Source: an uncultured bacterium (lineage in GTDB: Bacteria > Babelota > Babeliae > Babelales > Babelaceae). Taken from it: a stretch of 64,000 nt of DNA. Under the pieces are notes generated by a model. That model saw nothing but the letters and a program-made list of their open reading frames with translations. It did not search any database and had not been told where the DNA came from. Below, piece after piece: positions 1 through 9,992 of the stretch. Where the stretch lies: positions 640,001-704,000 of the forward strand of contig OY970332.1 in assembly GCA_963717435.1 (NCBI GenBank). The letters are read 5' to 3'. Position 1 is the stretch's first letter. Every line of letters begins with the position of its first letter. The position numbers and the translations under genes were made by a program.

Positions 1-767
1 TAATATTTTTTGCTTGATGCAGCTTGGGCTACATCGACCATATATTTGTTGGCCGAAAAGCCTGTTTCGATTGTTTTGAAAATAACCTGCGCATCTTGAA
101 GATAGTTGTTTAAATTTTGGGACTTTTCAAACTCAAGCTTTTTATTATATTCTTCGATTTTCGACTTTATAGTTTCGGCAAAACTTTCGTAATCCTGATT
201 TAGCGCTTTTTTGGCCAAATCCAGTCTGAATAAATAACCTGCTTTATCAAATGTGGGCATACATGTTCCGGCACACCTGCCAAGATGATAATCAAGACAG
301 CCAGTTTCTATTTTATTTTTACATATTCCTAGGCTAAAAGTTCTGATTATATATTCGTAAGTGCTTCTGGCTTTTGCTTTATGTAAAAATGGACCAAAAT
401 ACTCGCCTTTTTCTTTTTTTGTTCTCACTATTTTTATTACCGGAAGGTCATCAGATTTTGTTATTATAATATATAAAAATGGATTACCAGATTTTAATAA
501 AACATTAAATTTAGGCTTATATTTTTTGATTAAATCAGCTTCAAGAAGTAGAGCCTCTGTCTCGTTTTTGGTAATTATATATTCAACAGTTTCATATTCT
601 TTGATTAATTCTTGTATCTTCCAGTCTGTGTTTTGTTTGGCAAAATAAGAAGCAACGCGTTTTGAAAGATCTTTGGCTTTTCCAATATAAATTATATTAT
701 TTTGGTTATCTTTAAAAAGATAAATTCCGGGAGATTTTGGCAATTTTTCTTTTAATATTTTATTCAT
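1..767 (-). CDS. uvrC: Excinuclease ABC subunit C, N-terminal part; runs off the left edge of the window
   Basis: Manual translation from ATG at 767: [42 protein letters not shown]...[18 protein letters not shown], the GIY-YIG domain of UvrC. Confidence 0.93.
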   Translation of the reverse strand, partial: [255 protein letters not shown]

Positions 768-778
768 AAAATCTTTAT

Positions 779-1849
779 TTAAATTGTTTCACTTCTCTCT
801 TTTAGGCCCAATTCTTCTTCTTGTTCTTCTTCTTCGCTAATATTTTCTTCTATCGAGACGGACCTGACCAGTATATTTTTTTCCGATTCATTAGGAACAA
901 ACTTTGGCTTTTCAAAAAAAACCCCAGTTTTTTTAGCTAAAGATCCCAGTAGTTCTTCAAATTTTTTGATATTTTCAGAGTTATGATCAAACAAGTTTTT
1001 TATTGTTTCGATATTTTTTATTTTTGCGAAATACCAACTCGATGCTCTCATGTGACGATACTTGTTCAAATCGTCTTTGAAATCTAAGAAGAAATTTTCT
1101 TCCAGAAGTACTTTTCTCAAATACTGTTCATCATTATCATTAAGAGTTGTCTTTTTTTTAATCTGAGAAATAATTTTATCAACTATTTCTTCATTGAGAT
1201 TATAATACTCAAATTTATCGGTTAATATTTCATCTATAACCTGATCATAAATTTTTCCAAAATCCTGCTTTATTATTGTCTCTATATCTTCTTTAGTGAA
1301 CAGGCAGATATTAAGCTCCTCAATCTTTTTGCTACAGAAATCAGCAACGATTTTTACCTCTAGCGTTTTAAGTAGGGCAATTTCTTCCCTTAGAGGTACA
1401 ATATCTTGCCACAAACACTCAGGTACGCTGTATCCCAAATCATTTAAAAACATAGCTATAATATAGGCTGACTTGATCAACTCTTTAATGTTTATCCATT
1501 TTTGATTTTTGGCGATTTTGCATGACGTCAGAACATTTTCCAGAATCTTTTTTATGTCATTATTAATATCTGTTTTAGCACAATCGTCATTTTTTAAAGA
1601 TCTTATCTTATACCCAAGAAAATAAAAGAAATTAGATTCTATTATATCTGAAAATGATACTTTAAAATTTATTTTTTTATGAAATTTTAAGCATGTTTGG
1701 GTATGATTTTCTAATAACTCATAAAAATCTATAACATCGACTTTTTGGGAGTTATTCTGAGTGGTGTTTTGCTCGTCTGAAGATTCCATACTTAATATTG
1801 TGTTCGAGAGTAAGACCAGTATAAAAGCAATTTTTGAAGACATAATCAC
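779..1849 (-). CDS. Hypothetical secreted protein with acidic C-terminus
   Basis: 356-aa ORF, signal-peptide-like N-terminus, no recognised motif. Confidence 0.7.
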   Translation of the reverse strand: MIMSSKIAFILVLLSNTILSMESSDEQNTTQNNSQKVDVIDFYELLENHTQTCLKFHKKINFKVSFSDIIESNFFYFLGYKIRSLKNDDCAKTDINNDIKKILENVLTSCKIAKNQKWINIKELIKSAYIIAMFLNDLGYSVPECLWQDIVPLREEIALLKTLEVKIVADFCSKKIEELNICLFTKEDIETIIKQDFGKIYDQVIDEILTDKFEYYNLNEEIVDKIISQIKKKTTLNDNDEQYLRKVLLEENFFLDFKDDLNKYRHMRASSWYFAKIKNIETIKNLFDHNSENIKKFEELLGSLAKKTGVFFEKPKFVPNESEKNILVRSVSIEENISEEEEQEEELGLKERSETI

Positions 1850-2037
1850 AGTTTTATCTAACTATTAAATTTTTTTTTAAATATATTTTCTATTTTTGCA
1901 TTTACTATCCCGTCACATTATTTATTCGTCAAAAATATCTGTCAATATTTTAAATTTTAAAATATATATTGCTTAGTATAGCTCAAATCTGTTAACTTTT
2001 CTGTTGGTATTAAAGTTTTTTAAGACAAGGGGTAAAT

Positions 2038-2733
2038 ATGAATAACAAAAATTTTTCTATTTCTGAGGCTATCAAATTCTCTTTTAGAGCAATATTAAAT
2101 AATTTTGCTTTAGTTTTTAGTATTAATGTGATCTATTTTCTATTTTTAATAATCCCGATAGCAGTATCTGCGATACTTTTAAGTTTAAGCTTTAAGAGCA
2201 TTATGTTTACCACCGATCCGTTTAGCATAATGCGTCTGCTTGCAAGCTCTTTAACCAGTATTATAATTTCGATTTCAGGTTTTATTTTACTTATGCTGGC
2301 TCTAAGCGTCTATAATATTGGTGTTATTCATGTGGCCCTTAAGCTATATTCTGACGGAAATGTGAAATTTAGTGATATTTTCGAGCGTTACGAGTTGGCC
2401 CCACGCGTTATTTTCGCAAATATTTTATACTTTTTAATTGTGGTTACAGGTTTGGCTCTTTTTGTTCTGCCAGGCATATTTTTTGCCGTAAGACTATTCT
2501 TTTATCAAACCTATATAATCGACAAAAATTTATCTATAACAGATAGCTTTAAAGAAAGTTATGCCCTGACACAATCTGTCTGGTGGAAAGTATTTTTCTC
2601 TTTGCTTCTTTTTAATTTTATTAGTGGAACAATAACCAAGATCCCATTTTTGACTTTGTTTTTTGGGACTTTTGTCGTTTTTGCGACAGTTTATATTTAT
2701 AGAAATCTATTAGAAAGTGAAACTAACAGCTAA
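2038..2733 (+). CDS. Integral membrane protein (DUF975/YciC-like)
   Basis: Multiple TM segments, 'GLALFVLPGIFFAVRLFF...SFKESYALT' pattern, purine-rich RBS (AAGGGG). Confidence 0.65.
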   Translation: MNNKNFSISEAIKFSFRAILNNFALVFSINVIYFLFLIIPIAVSAILLSLSFKSIMFTTDPFSIMRLLASSLTSIIISISGFILLMLALSVYNIGVIHVALKLYSDGNVKFSDIFERYELAPRVIFANILYFLIVVTGLALFVLPGIFFAVRLFFYQTYIIDKNLSITDSFKESYALTQSVWWKVFFSLLLFNFISGTITKIPFLTLFFGTFVVFATVYIYRNLLESETNS

Positions 2734-4664
2734 TTACTAATATTGGGCCGTTTAAACTTTTTGTTTATTTCACTGATATTGCAATGCCAGAAGGTTGGCC
2801 TGCCGTGGGGGCAGGTCAACCTATTTGGAGCCTGATACAAATCGTTAATAATAGCTGCCATTTGATGTTGGCTTAAAATATCACCAGATTTTATGGCTGC
2901 TTTGCATGCCATTTGGGCGTGAATGCGCTCTGTAATATTCTTTTTTATCTCTTCTTTGTTAACAGATTCGTATTCTTTTAAAACTTCCATAATATATTTT
3001 ACAATATCTTGAGCAGAGTCTTTTTTTATTATTACTGGCGCAGATTTGATAACTATTTCTGTTTGGGAAAACTGTTCTATTTGCAGGCCAAAACTCTCGA
3101 ACACCTCTAGATTTTCTAAAACAAAATTTATGTCGTTTTCCTGTAAGTATAAAAATATGGGCGTAATTAAACTTATTTTTTCTATTTCTTCAAATTTATT
3201 TGCAAACTTTTCATACAAAATTCGCTCATGCGCAGCATGTTGGTCAACCATTAACATGCCATCGGCAACTTCTGTGATTATATAAGTTTTGCACAGCTGC
3301 CCGATTATTTTATAGCTGTTTTGTTGCGTAGTTAATTCTGTTTTACTGATATTAGTTTCAGGTACAAAAATCTCGCTTTGTAGGCTAGTTTTATCTTGAA
3401 CCAATTCTTTGCCAATATCTTGTGTTGCACCAAAATTTTTGTTCAAAATTTTAATTACATTTTCACGGACATAATCCGGCGCTGCTTGTTCTTGCTTATA
3501 TTCTTGAGCTTTAATATTTTGGCCCATTATAAATTTAGGCTCGGGCATTAATAATCTTGTATTGGGGTTATTTTCCAGCTTATAAGTAGCTAAATTTCTG
3601 CTGTTAAAAGCTAACCTGTCATCTAAGTTACTTAAATCAGTAACACTTGCGGGCTTAATTTTATTACTTAAATATTTTTCCAGTCCAATTCTGACGCAAT
3701 TTTGAACAGCATTTTCGACGATTTTTGGATTAAAAAATAGAACTTCGTCTTTTCGTGGGTGTATATTAACGTCAATTAATTTTGGCTCTATCTCAATAAA
3801 AATAAACGCAGCAGGAAACTTGCCATCCGGCAGCACATTCATGTAACCCTTAATCGTCGCTTGCGATAGTTTGTAATTTTTAACCCATCGCGAGTTTACA
3901 AAGAAGAACATGCCGTTTCTATCATATCGAGTGTATTCTGGTCCTGTAATTGCACAAGAAATTTTTATACTGTTTTTTTTGTCTTCAAGTTCAGATGTAA
4001 TAATATTTGCTACAAGATTATTGTCGTAAAGTTGCGCAATTCTGCTTTTAATATCAGAAACTGCTGGGCAATTATAAATCAGTTTATTTTCACTAAAAAA
4101 CTTAAAATGCACAGATTTGTAACTTAATACTGCCGCAAAAAAGAGCTGAGTTATAGCCCTTAATTCTGTTTCTTTGGTTTTTAAGAATTTTTTTCTTGCC
4201 GGGATATTATCAAATATATTTTTTACTGTTATTTCTGTGCCCGTGTTACAAGAAGTCTCTTCCTGCCCTGTAACTTTTGCCCATTCTATATTTAGCAATA
4301 GCCCCTGATCTTCGTCTTCTGTTTTGGTCTTAATCGACATCAAACTAACTGCGCTTATGCTTGAAAGTGCTTCGCCACGAAAACCAAAAGTTTTTAGGGT
4401 CTCAAGATCGTCAACAGTTGTTATCTTGCTGGTCGCATGGTGCTCGATAGACATCAGGGCATCTTCTGGTTCCATCCCGCAGCCATTATCTATAACTTTT
4501 ATGAGCTTCTTGCCCCCATCTTCAACGTAAATAGATATTTGTGTGCTACCCGCATCTAAGCAATTTTCAAGAAGCTCTTTTACGATATTTGCCGGCCGTT
4601 CTACAACTTCCCCGGCAGCTATCTTCTGCGCTTCTTGTGCTGATAGTTTTTTAATTTTTGCCAT
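2730..4664 (-). CDS. mutL: DNA mismatch repair protein MutL
   Basis: IAAGEVVERP, GFRGEAL, DQHAAHER and CPHGRP motifs. Confidence 0.97.
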   Translation of the reverse strand: MAKIKKLSAQEAQKIAAGEVVERPANIVKELLENCLDAGSTQISIYVEDGGKKLIKVIDNGCGMEPEDALMSIEHHATSKITTVDDLETLKTFGFRGEALSSISAVSLMSIKTKTEDEDQGLLLNIEWAKVTGQEETSCNTGTEITVKNIFDNIPARKKFLKTKETELRAITQLFFAAVLSYKSVHFKFFSENKLIYNCPAVSDIKSRIAQLYDNNLVANIITSELEDKKNSIKISCAITGPEYTRYDRNGMFFFVNSRWVKNYKLSQATIKGYMNVLPDGKFPAAFIFIEIEPKLIDVNIHPRKDEVLFFNPKIVENAVQNCVRIGLEKYLSNKIKPASVTDLSNLDDRLAFNSRNLATYKLENNPNTRLLMPEPKFIMGQNIKAQEYKQEQAAPDYVRENVIKILNKNFGATQDIGKELVQDKTSLQSEIFVPETNISKTELTTQQNSYKIIGQLCKTYIITEVADGMLMVDQHAAHERILYEKFANKFEEIEKISLITPIFLYLQENDINFVLENLEVFESFGLQIEQFSQTEIVIKSAPVIIKKDSAQDIVKYIMEVLKEYESVNKEEIKKNITERIHAQMACKAAIKSGDILSQHQMAAIINDLYQAPNRLTCPHGRPTFWHCNISEINKKFKRPNISN

Positions 4665-4687
4665 TTATATTTTTATCTTATTTGGGC

Positions 4688-4727
4688 AAAATTAAAGCCA
4701 CCGGAAAGCTCCAGTGGCTTTAATTTT
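4688..4727. terminator. Intrinsic terminator-like hairpin
   Basis: AAAATTAAAGCCAC...GTGGCTTTAATTTT inverted repeat after the 4748-5335 gene. Confidence 0.7.
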
Positions 4728-4747
4728 ATAATTATATACTAATTAAA

Positions 4748-5335
4748 TTATTTATTTTTTAACCAAACCATTAATATTGCGCCTAAAAGCCCATCAGTAA
4801 GATCTTTGGTTTTATGGCTTGCCATAATATTTGCAAATAAAGTAGATTCTTGTTGTCCCGTCAATTTGTTTTCGTTGTCTCTAATATCTTTAACAAATAA
4901 TGGCCGAGCATACTCGTTTTTAGCCCAAGATCCTGTTTTTGCTAGGTTTAATTTGCCGTTTTCAACTGTTACTTTCGAATTTTCAAAAATCGTGCCAACT
5001 AGGACCTTTATCGTACAAATACTAAGAGCCTTTGGAGCGAATTCAGAAGCAACCTTATAGGAAAATGTATCTTTTCCGAAGATTTTGACCAAAGTGTTGT
5101 CCATAATCTTGCCAGGATTTCCAGGCTTGAAAGCTTCTTTTATTTTGTGAAGAATCGACTGTTCTTTTTCTTTTAGTTCTGCGGTTGTTACACAATTTTT
5201 GCAGTTGTCATAATCTGTGCCCATTTTTGCATCAACTGTCATATCAGTTGTCATGGCAGAGTCAGCAAGAATGGCTGAACTTGTAGCAAAAAGCAATGTA
5301 ATTGAAAGAACATTAAACTTGAAAGTTTTTAACAT
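4748..5335 (-). CDS. Hypothetical secreted protein
   Basis: 195 aa, signal peptide, followed by a hairpin. Confidence 0.7.
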   Translation of the reverse strand: MLKTFKFNVLSITLLFATSSAILADSAMTTDMTVDAKMGTDYDNCKNCVTTAELKEKEQSILHKIKEAFKPGNPGKIMDNTLVKIFGKDTFSYKVASEFAPKALSICTIKVLVGTIFENSKVTVENGKLNLAKTGSWAKNEYARPLFVKDIRDNENKLTGQQESTLFANIMASHKTKDLTDGLLGAILMVWLKNK

Positions 5336-5412
5336 GTTGATCCCATATTTTTTAATGTGTTTAATCTTTAACAGCTTTAATTATAAACAGTTAGCAAAAA
5401 AGCTGCAAATTC

Positions 5413-6198
5413 TTAAAAACCTATTGCTTTTTGAGAGCCTATTTTTTTCTTATTTATAAACTCAGTTAGTTTTGTCTCATAGCTGAGTAAATCATCTTGG
5501 GAGCCTAATTTATTGGCTGTCAGGTTATGATATCTCTTTGTTTGGTATTCAAAATACAAAGATGCCAACATGCCGTTTATGACCAATTTGGTTGCCCAAA
5601 AGCCCAGTAAATATCTTGTTCCGTTATATAGCTGTTTGCCAATAATGCTATTTTTTACGTAGTCGCTTTTACTAAAATGGCTCTTTATTAAAGCCCTAGC
5701 TGTTTCAGTTGCAAAGTGTGTTATAAGTGGAATTGCTGCCATTATCGCCGCATTCATACCAAGATGATTTTTTTGCATCATTACCGAAGCTTTGGCGATC
5801 AGAGCCCTTTGTTCGCTTTTTGAGAGAAAGTTATAAATTCCGGGGTTGATAAAAACAGTTGAATCTGTGCAAACTACTGCTGACAATACAAAGTCTCTAG
5901 CCTCAGGTTTTACTAGCTTAACTTTTACGTTTTCTGAGTTTCGCACCCCACATTCATGCAGAACATGACGCACGAACGATTCTGTTTGAGAGTCAGCGTC
6001 TTCATCTCCAAAAACTTTATTGGCATATTCTTCTGAAAATAGCGCAACGTAATGGATAGCGTCGGCAAACCAAGGGCCCGCGCTTAGTGCCCAATGGCTA
6101 AAAAGCTCTAGTGGATGATCGGGTGAAGCCGCAGAAGTTCTATTTGCTAGTATTATAAAACTTAAAAAAATAAGATTTTTGGTGTTTATACTTTTCAT
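5413..6198 (-). CDS. Secreted M48 peptidase-like protein lacking HEXXH
   Basis: 'VFINPGIYNFLSKSEQRALIAKAS' resembles the M48 pre-HEXXH segment but has no His/Glu. Confidence 0.5.
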   Translation of the reverse strand: MKSINTKNLIFLSFIILANRTSAASPDHPLELFSHWALSAGPWFADAIHYVALFSEEYANKVFGDEDADSQTESFVRHVLHECGVRNSENVKVKLVKPEARDFVLSAVVCTDSTVFINPGIYNFLSKSEQRALIAKASVMMQKNHLGMNAAIMAAIPLITHFATETARALIKSHFSKSDYVKNSIIGKQLYNGTRYLLGFWATKLVINGMLASLYFEYQTKRYHNLTANKLGSQDDLLSYETKLTEFINKKKIGSQKAIGF

Positions 6199-6728
6199 TT
6201 AATTACCAGCTCGAAATTGCTTAAATTACTATTTTCAGGGGATGCCTGTTCAATTTTCACTATCTGAATAGCTTTTGCCCAGTCCGTATCCTTTAATTTT
6301 TCAGTAAAATTCTTAACTGATAACAAACTTTTTGTTCTGCCTTTAATTATTATGGGCTGTTTGTTTTTATAACTGATTTCTGTAATCGCAACATCGGCGG
6401 GGATTAGATTTGAAATATCTTGAAATATAATCGCGGGTACAATTTTGGGGTTTGCCCACTTTGAAAGTTTTTTTATCTGTTTTTCAACGCTTTGAGACTG
6501 CTGGGATTCTATCTGGTTAGTTATATTTTTTTGTTCATCAAAACTATTATTACTTCTTAGTCTGCCTATCTCTTTTTTTATTTTTGATATTTTAACGATT
6601 TTTACCAAAGAAACAGTGGCCATTAATACTACAGATAAAGTAAAAATAACTGCTGAGATTTTGTACCAGTTGTTAAAATTTTTTTGCGTTTGAGTAGGGA
6701 CAGTATTTATAAAATTGAACTGTTTCAT
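6195..6728 (-). CDS. PilN-like type IV pilus/T2SS alignment protein
   Basis: Single TM, coiled coil, 'ISNLIPADVAITEI...IIKG...VKNFTEKL...FEL' PilN-like pattern. Confidence 0.65.
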   Translation of the reverse strand: MKQFNFINTVPTQTQKNFNNWYKISAVIFTLSVVLMATVSLVKIVKISKIKKEIGRLRSNNSFDEQKNITNQIESQQSQSVEKQIKKLSKWANPKIVPAIIFQDISNLIPADVAITEISYKNKQPIIIKGRTKSLLSVKNFTEKLKDTDWAKAIQIVKIEQASPENSNLSNFELVIK

Positions 6729-6757
6729 GGCACTCTCTTTTTTTGATCGATTTTAAA

Positions 6758-7354
6758 CTATTTTTTATTTTTTACAAAGTATATTCCTAATAACTGATTC
6801 AGAGCGTATGAGTCTTGCTTGTTTTGCTCGTTATTAAAATACTTTTTTAACTTATTTCTTGAATTTTTGTTTAACCCGGGCACGTTGTCTTCTCTATTAT
6901 TTAAAAGCGCTTTGATTGCGACAATATCAGTAATTATAGAGATTAAATTTATCCCCGTGTTTATCGCAAGTAACTTATATTGAAACAGAATGGGATAGCT
7001 GATTTGGCAATAATAATTTGTGCCGTCCAAATTTGTTCTTGTTGTGTTATAAATCTTGCAGTTTTGGCAGTCGCAGCCTACTTTGTTATCGCATTCTGGC
7101 GCAGTATTATAAAATTCAGAAAGTTTTGATCCATCAAGACAGAATACTACTGGCAGATTTTGTAGCTTATTATTTGTAATAAATTTATTTATAAAATTTG
7201 AGATTTTGCGTTGATTGAATATAGCAAGATTAACTAATTCAGATTTATCGAGTGTAAGTTGCTCCAATTTTTTAACTTTTGGCGACTTTCTGCTATTACT
7301 ACCCTCAAGTTCCGCAATCAATATCTTGTCGTCAGTAAATACGACCCCGATCAT
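6758..7354 (-). CDS. Short, divergent PilM-like protein
   Basis: N-terminal 'MIGVVFTDDKILIAEL' actin-fold-like start; directly upstream of the pilN-like gene. Confidence 0.45.
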   Translation of the reverse strand: MIGVVFTDDKILIAELEGSNSRKSPKVKKLEQLTLDKSELVNLAIFNQRKISNFINKFITNNKLQNLPVVFCLDGSKLSEFYNTAPECDNKVGCDCQNCKIYNTTRTNLDGTNYYCQISYPILFQYKLLAINTGINLISIITDIVAIKALLNNREDNVPGLNKNSRNKLKKYFNNEQNKQDSYALNQLLGIYFVKNKK

Positions 7355-7356
7355 AT

Positions 7357-8376
7357 CTAAACTCCGGCGCTTACAACTCTATCTCTTTTATTTAAATCTT
7401 TAATTATGGTTATATTCGAAAAATTATTATTTTGAAATAGTTTGCTAACTTCTTGTGCTTGGTCATACCCGATTTCTATATAAATTTGGTTTAAGCCAGC
7501 TTTTTTTATAGAGCTCTCTGGATTTAAATAATTTTTAGCTTGTTTGATAATTTTTTCTATAATTTCAAGCCCGTTATTTTCTGCCACAAGCGCCCGTTTA
7601 TCTTCCCAATTTTTCACTTCTGGTTGTAGATTTTTAAAATCTTTCTCAGAAATGTATGGTGGATTCGCGACAATTAAATCGAACCCATTTTCTACGAAGT
7701 CTTGTTGCAAACGGGAGTTAATGTTTTGGTTTAAGTTTGTTTGAAAATTGTTTTTTTCTCCCGCTCGCCCCCAGGCTTCGCTGAAGCTACGCCGGGCATG
7801 GCCGAGTGATGTATCGCCTGTCCACCAAAACCTTGGTGAAGGTGGGAGGGGTGTTGTCGGGTTTAAGTTTTGATACAAATCAGACAAAATAAACTCCGCG
7901 TTAGAAATTTTGTTCAAGATTTTGTTCTTATTTGCCAAGTCAATACAATTTTGTGAGATATCTATCCCGTAAACAAAACTGTTGGGAAAATTTTTCGCCA
8001 GTGCAAGTGCAATACAGCCAGATCCTGAACACAAGTCTAAGATTTTAAAACTACTTTTTTTATATTTTTCCAAGCTATCTATTAAATCGCCAACCCATTC
8101 TTCAGTTTCGGGCCTTGGTATTAAAACCGGGGGTTTAACTAAGATATCTAAATCTAAGAATGGGACAGATTCGAGCAAATACTGCAATGGGTAGTGCTGC
8201 TTGGCTTTTTCTATAAATAAATTTAATTTATCCTGCTGCTCTTTGGTTAACTCTAGATTTTCATGGGCAACAAGATCAGCTTCAGTCTTGCCCGTAATTT
8301 TTTCAATAACCCACCAAGCTTGTTGAGTTCCCCCAAAAATTTGTTCAAGATTTTTAACTAAATTTATAATTTTCAT
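7357..8376 (-). CDS. prmC: Release factor glutamine methyltransferase with an in-frame repeat-derived insertion
   Basis: PLQY, LIPRPETE, LDLCSGSG, NPPY, EIG motifs; likely start ATG 8376. Confidence 0.95.
   Translation of the reverse strand: MKIINLVKNLEQIFGGTQQAWWVIEKITGKTEADLVAHENLELTKEQQDKLNLFIEKAKQHYPLQYLLESVPFLDLDILVKPPVLIPRPETEEWVGDLIDSLEKYKKSSFKILDLCSGSGCIALALAKNFPNSFVYGIDISQNCIDLANKNKILNKISNAEFILSDLYQNLNPTTPLPPSPRFWWTGDTSLGHARRSFSEAWGRAGEKNNFQTNLNQNINSRLQQDFVENGFDLIVANPPYISEKDFKNLQPEVKNWEDKRALVAENNGLEIIEKIIKQAKNYLNPESSIKKAGLNQIYIEIGYDQAQEVSKLFQNNNFSNITIIKDLNKRDRVVSAGV
7707..7855 (+). repeat. Composite palindromic element A (7761-7855) with two nested B units (7771-7801 reverse, 7817-7846 forward) and an inverted remnant at 7707-7716, inside prmC
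   Basis: CCGCTCGCCC[CCAGGCTTCGCTGAAGCTACGCCGGGCATGG]CCGAGTGATGTATCG[CCTGTCCACCAAAACCTTGGTGAAGGTGGG]AGGGGTG; matches the copies at 18948, 27835, 36908 and 62817. Confidence 0.85.
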
Positions 8377-8489
8377 AAGTCTAATATAGTTTCTAATAAA
8401 TAATAAATTACAAATTATACCCTTTTTACTAAACAAACAACTTTTGTTATTATAATCATTAAGTTAAATAATAAAAACTAAGGACTCAG

Positions 8490-9110
8490 ATGAAATTTAA
8501 ATATAACTTATTTATTCTAACTCTTATAGTTAGCAATTATTGTGCAGCGTTTTCTCCCAATCTTGAATCGTGGGAAAATCTATTTAAAGAGCATGAAAAG
8601 GCTTTTAAAGAATTAGAGCCATATGCTAAAGATATTAAGGTTAAAATTACCCATGAGACTCATGGAAACGTTGATATAGAAAACGTATATCATACCTACC
8701 CTTCTTCTGAAGCAATTTTTGCTTTGATGACCTATGAAACAGTTTATAAGAAATTATGTAATAGGATTTATACCAATGCTTGGCTTAAAGGTATAGGGTT
8801 AGGCTTTTTAACAGCTATATTAAAAACGGCTTTAACAAAATATAAAAATGGAAATTTGGGGAAACAAGGGCCATTTGATGCTGACATTTTGATAGCGACA
8901 GGATTGGCTTCAATAGCTATCATAGGTCACGAAAACATGACAAATCCTAAAATTGCCTACTTTTATCCTGATGTAGTGGTAAAACAATCTAATATTTTTT
9001 CCGACCCAGTTGAAAATATTGGACGTACTTTTACGCTATTTGGTCTTGCGGAATTAAGTTATTTCCTAGCATCATTTTCTATATTTATAATTGATCAAAA
9101 GTTAAAATAG
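8490..9110 (+). CDS. Hypothetical secreted/membrane protein
   Basis: 206 aa, signal peptide, AAGGA RBS, hydrophobic segments. Confidence 0.7.
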   Translation: MKFKYNLFILTLIVSNYCAAFSPNLESWENLFKEHEKAFKELEPYAKDIKVKITHETHGNVDIENVYHTYPSSEAIFALMTYETVYKKLCNRIYTNAWLKGIGLGFLTAILKTALTKYKNGNLGKQGPFDADILIATGLASIAIIGHENMTNPKIAYFYPDVVVKQSNIFSDPVENIGRTFTLFGLAELSYFLASFSIFIIDQKLK

Positions 9111-9974
9111 TTCGGTAACATAGTTTTTAGGGTCAAACAGGGCTATTTGATCGACAGCTTCCCCAAAAGAGATATAAGCCACAGGGATGCCAAGTTCTTG
9201 CGTTATGGCAAAAACGATGCCCCCTTTTCCGGTGCCGTCCAATTTGGTCAAAACTATCCCGTCAAGATTTGTGCTTTCGTGGAAAATTTTAGCCTGTTCG
9301 AACGAATTTTGTCCGAGCATACTGTCGACGGTCAAAAGGGTGGAGACTTTCTTGTCGGGCAAATTTTTGCTTATTACGTTTTTTATTTTTTCAAGCTCTT
9401 TCATGAGATTTACTTTTGTCTGTAATCTGCCGGCTGTGTCGATTATTAAAATATCGTAGTTTTCAGCTTTATATTTCTGGCAGCCAGCAAATACTACAGC
9501 TGCAGGATCTTGTCCCTGTTTGCCCGTAACTATATCGATTTTTAAATTTTGGGCCCATTTTTCAAGCTGTTCAGTAGCGGCGGCTCTGAAAGTATCAGCA
9601 GCTACCAGCAAAACTTTCTTGTTCTGATTAACAAATCTATTTGCTAATTTACTTACAAAAGTTGTTTTGCCGCTGCCATTAATCCCAACCATTAGGTAAA
9701 CTTGTGTATTTTCTTGATATACTTTTGCTTGTAATATATTTAATAATATTTTTTGTAGCTCTGTTTGCAGCTCCTGTCCATTAGAGATTTTAGACTCTCT
9801 TAATTTCTTAATAATATTTTTTGATGTTGCGGCTCCCAAGTCCGACTTAATTAATATATCTTGAAGTTCAGAAAGAGTATTTTCGTCAATATTATTTTTT
9901 GAAAATATACCAGAAATCTTGCTTGTTACACTCTCATATATTTTTGCAAGTTTGTTTTTTAAGAACCCAAACAT
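9102..9974 (-). CDS. ftsY: SRP receptor FtsY (NG domain only)
   Basis: GINGSGKTT, DTFRAAA, DTAGR, TKLDGTGKGG. Confidence 0.97.
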   Translation of the reverse strand: MFGFLKNKLAKIYESVTSKISGIFSKNNIDENTLSELQDILIKSDLGAATSKNIIKKLRESKISNGQELQTELQKILLNILQAKVYQENTQVYLMVGINGSGKTTFVSKLANRFVNQNKKVLLVAADTFRAAATEQLEKWAQNLKIDIVTGKQGQDPAAVVFAGCQKYKAENYDILIIDTAGRLQTKVNLMKELEKIKNVISKNLPDKKVSTLLTVDSMLGQNSFEQAKIFHESTNLDGIVLTKLDGTGKGGIVFAITQELGIPVAYISFGEAVDQIALFDPKNYVTELF

Positions 9975-9992
9975 AATTTTTCCTAAAAATAT

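Noticed and set aside
361-648. 95-aa plus-strand ORF
   Set aside because: Antisense shadow of uvrC; the other short ORFs opposite or inside long genes were rejected for the same reason
3330-3660. MutL central region as another repeat insertion
   Set aside because: Normal variable linker; no A or B motif found
7680-7875. Insertions in prmC, gpmI and murE as inteins or introns
   Set aside because: Too short, no Cys/Ser...His-Asn splice motifs or intron core; explained by the palindromic repeats
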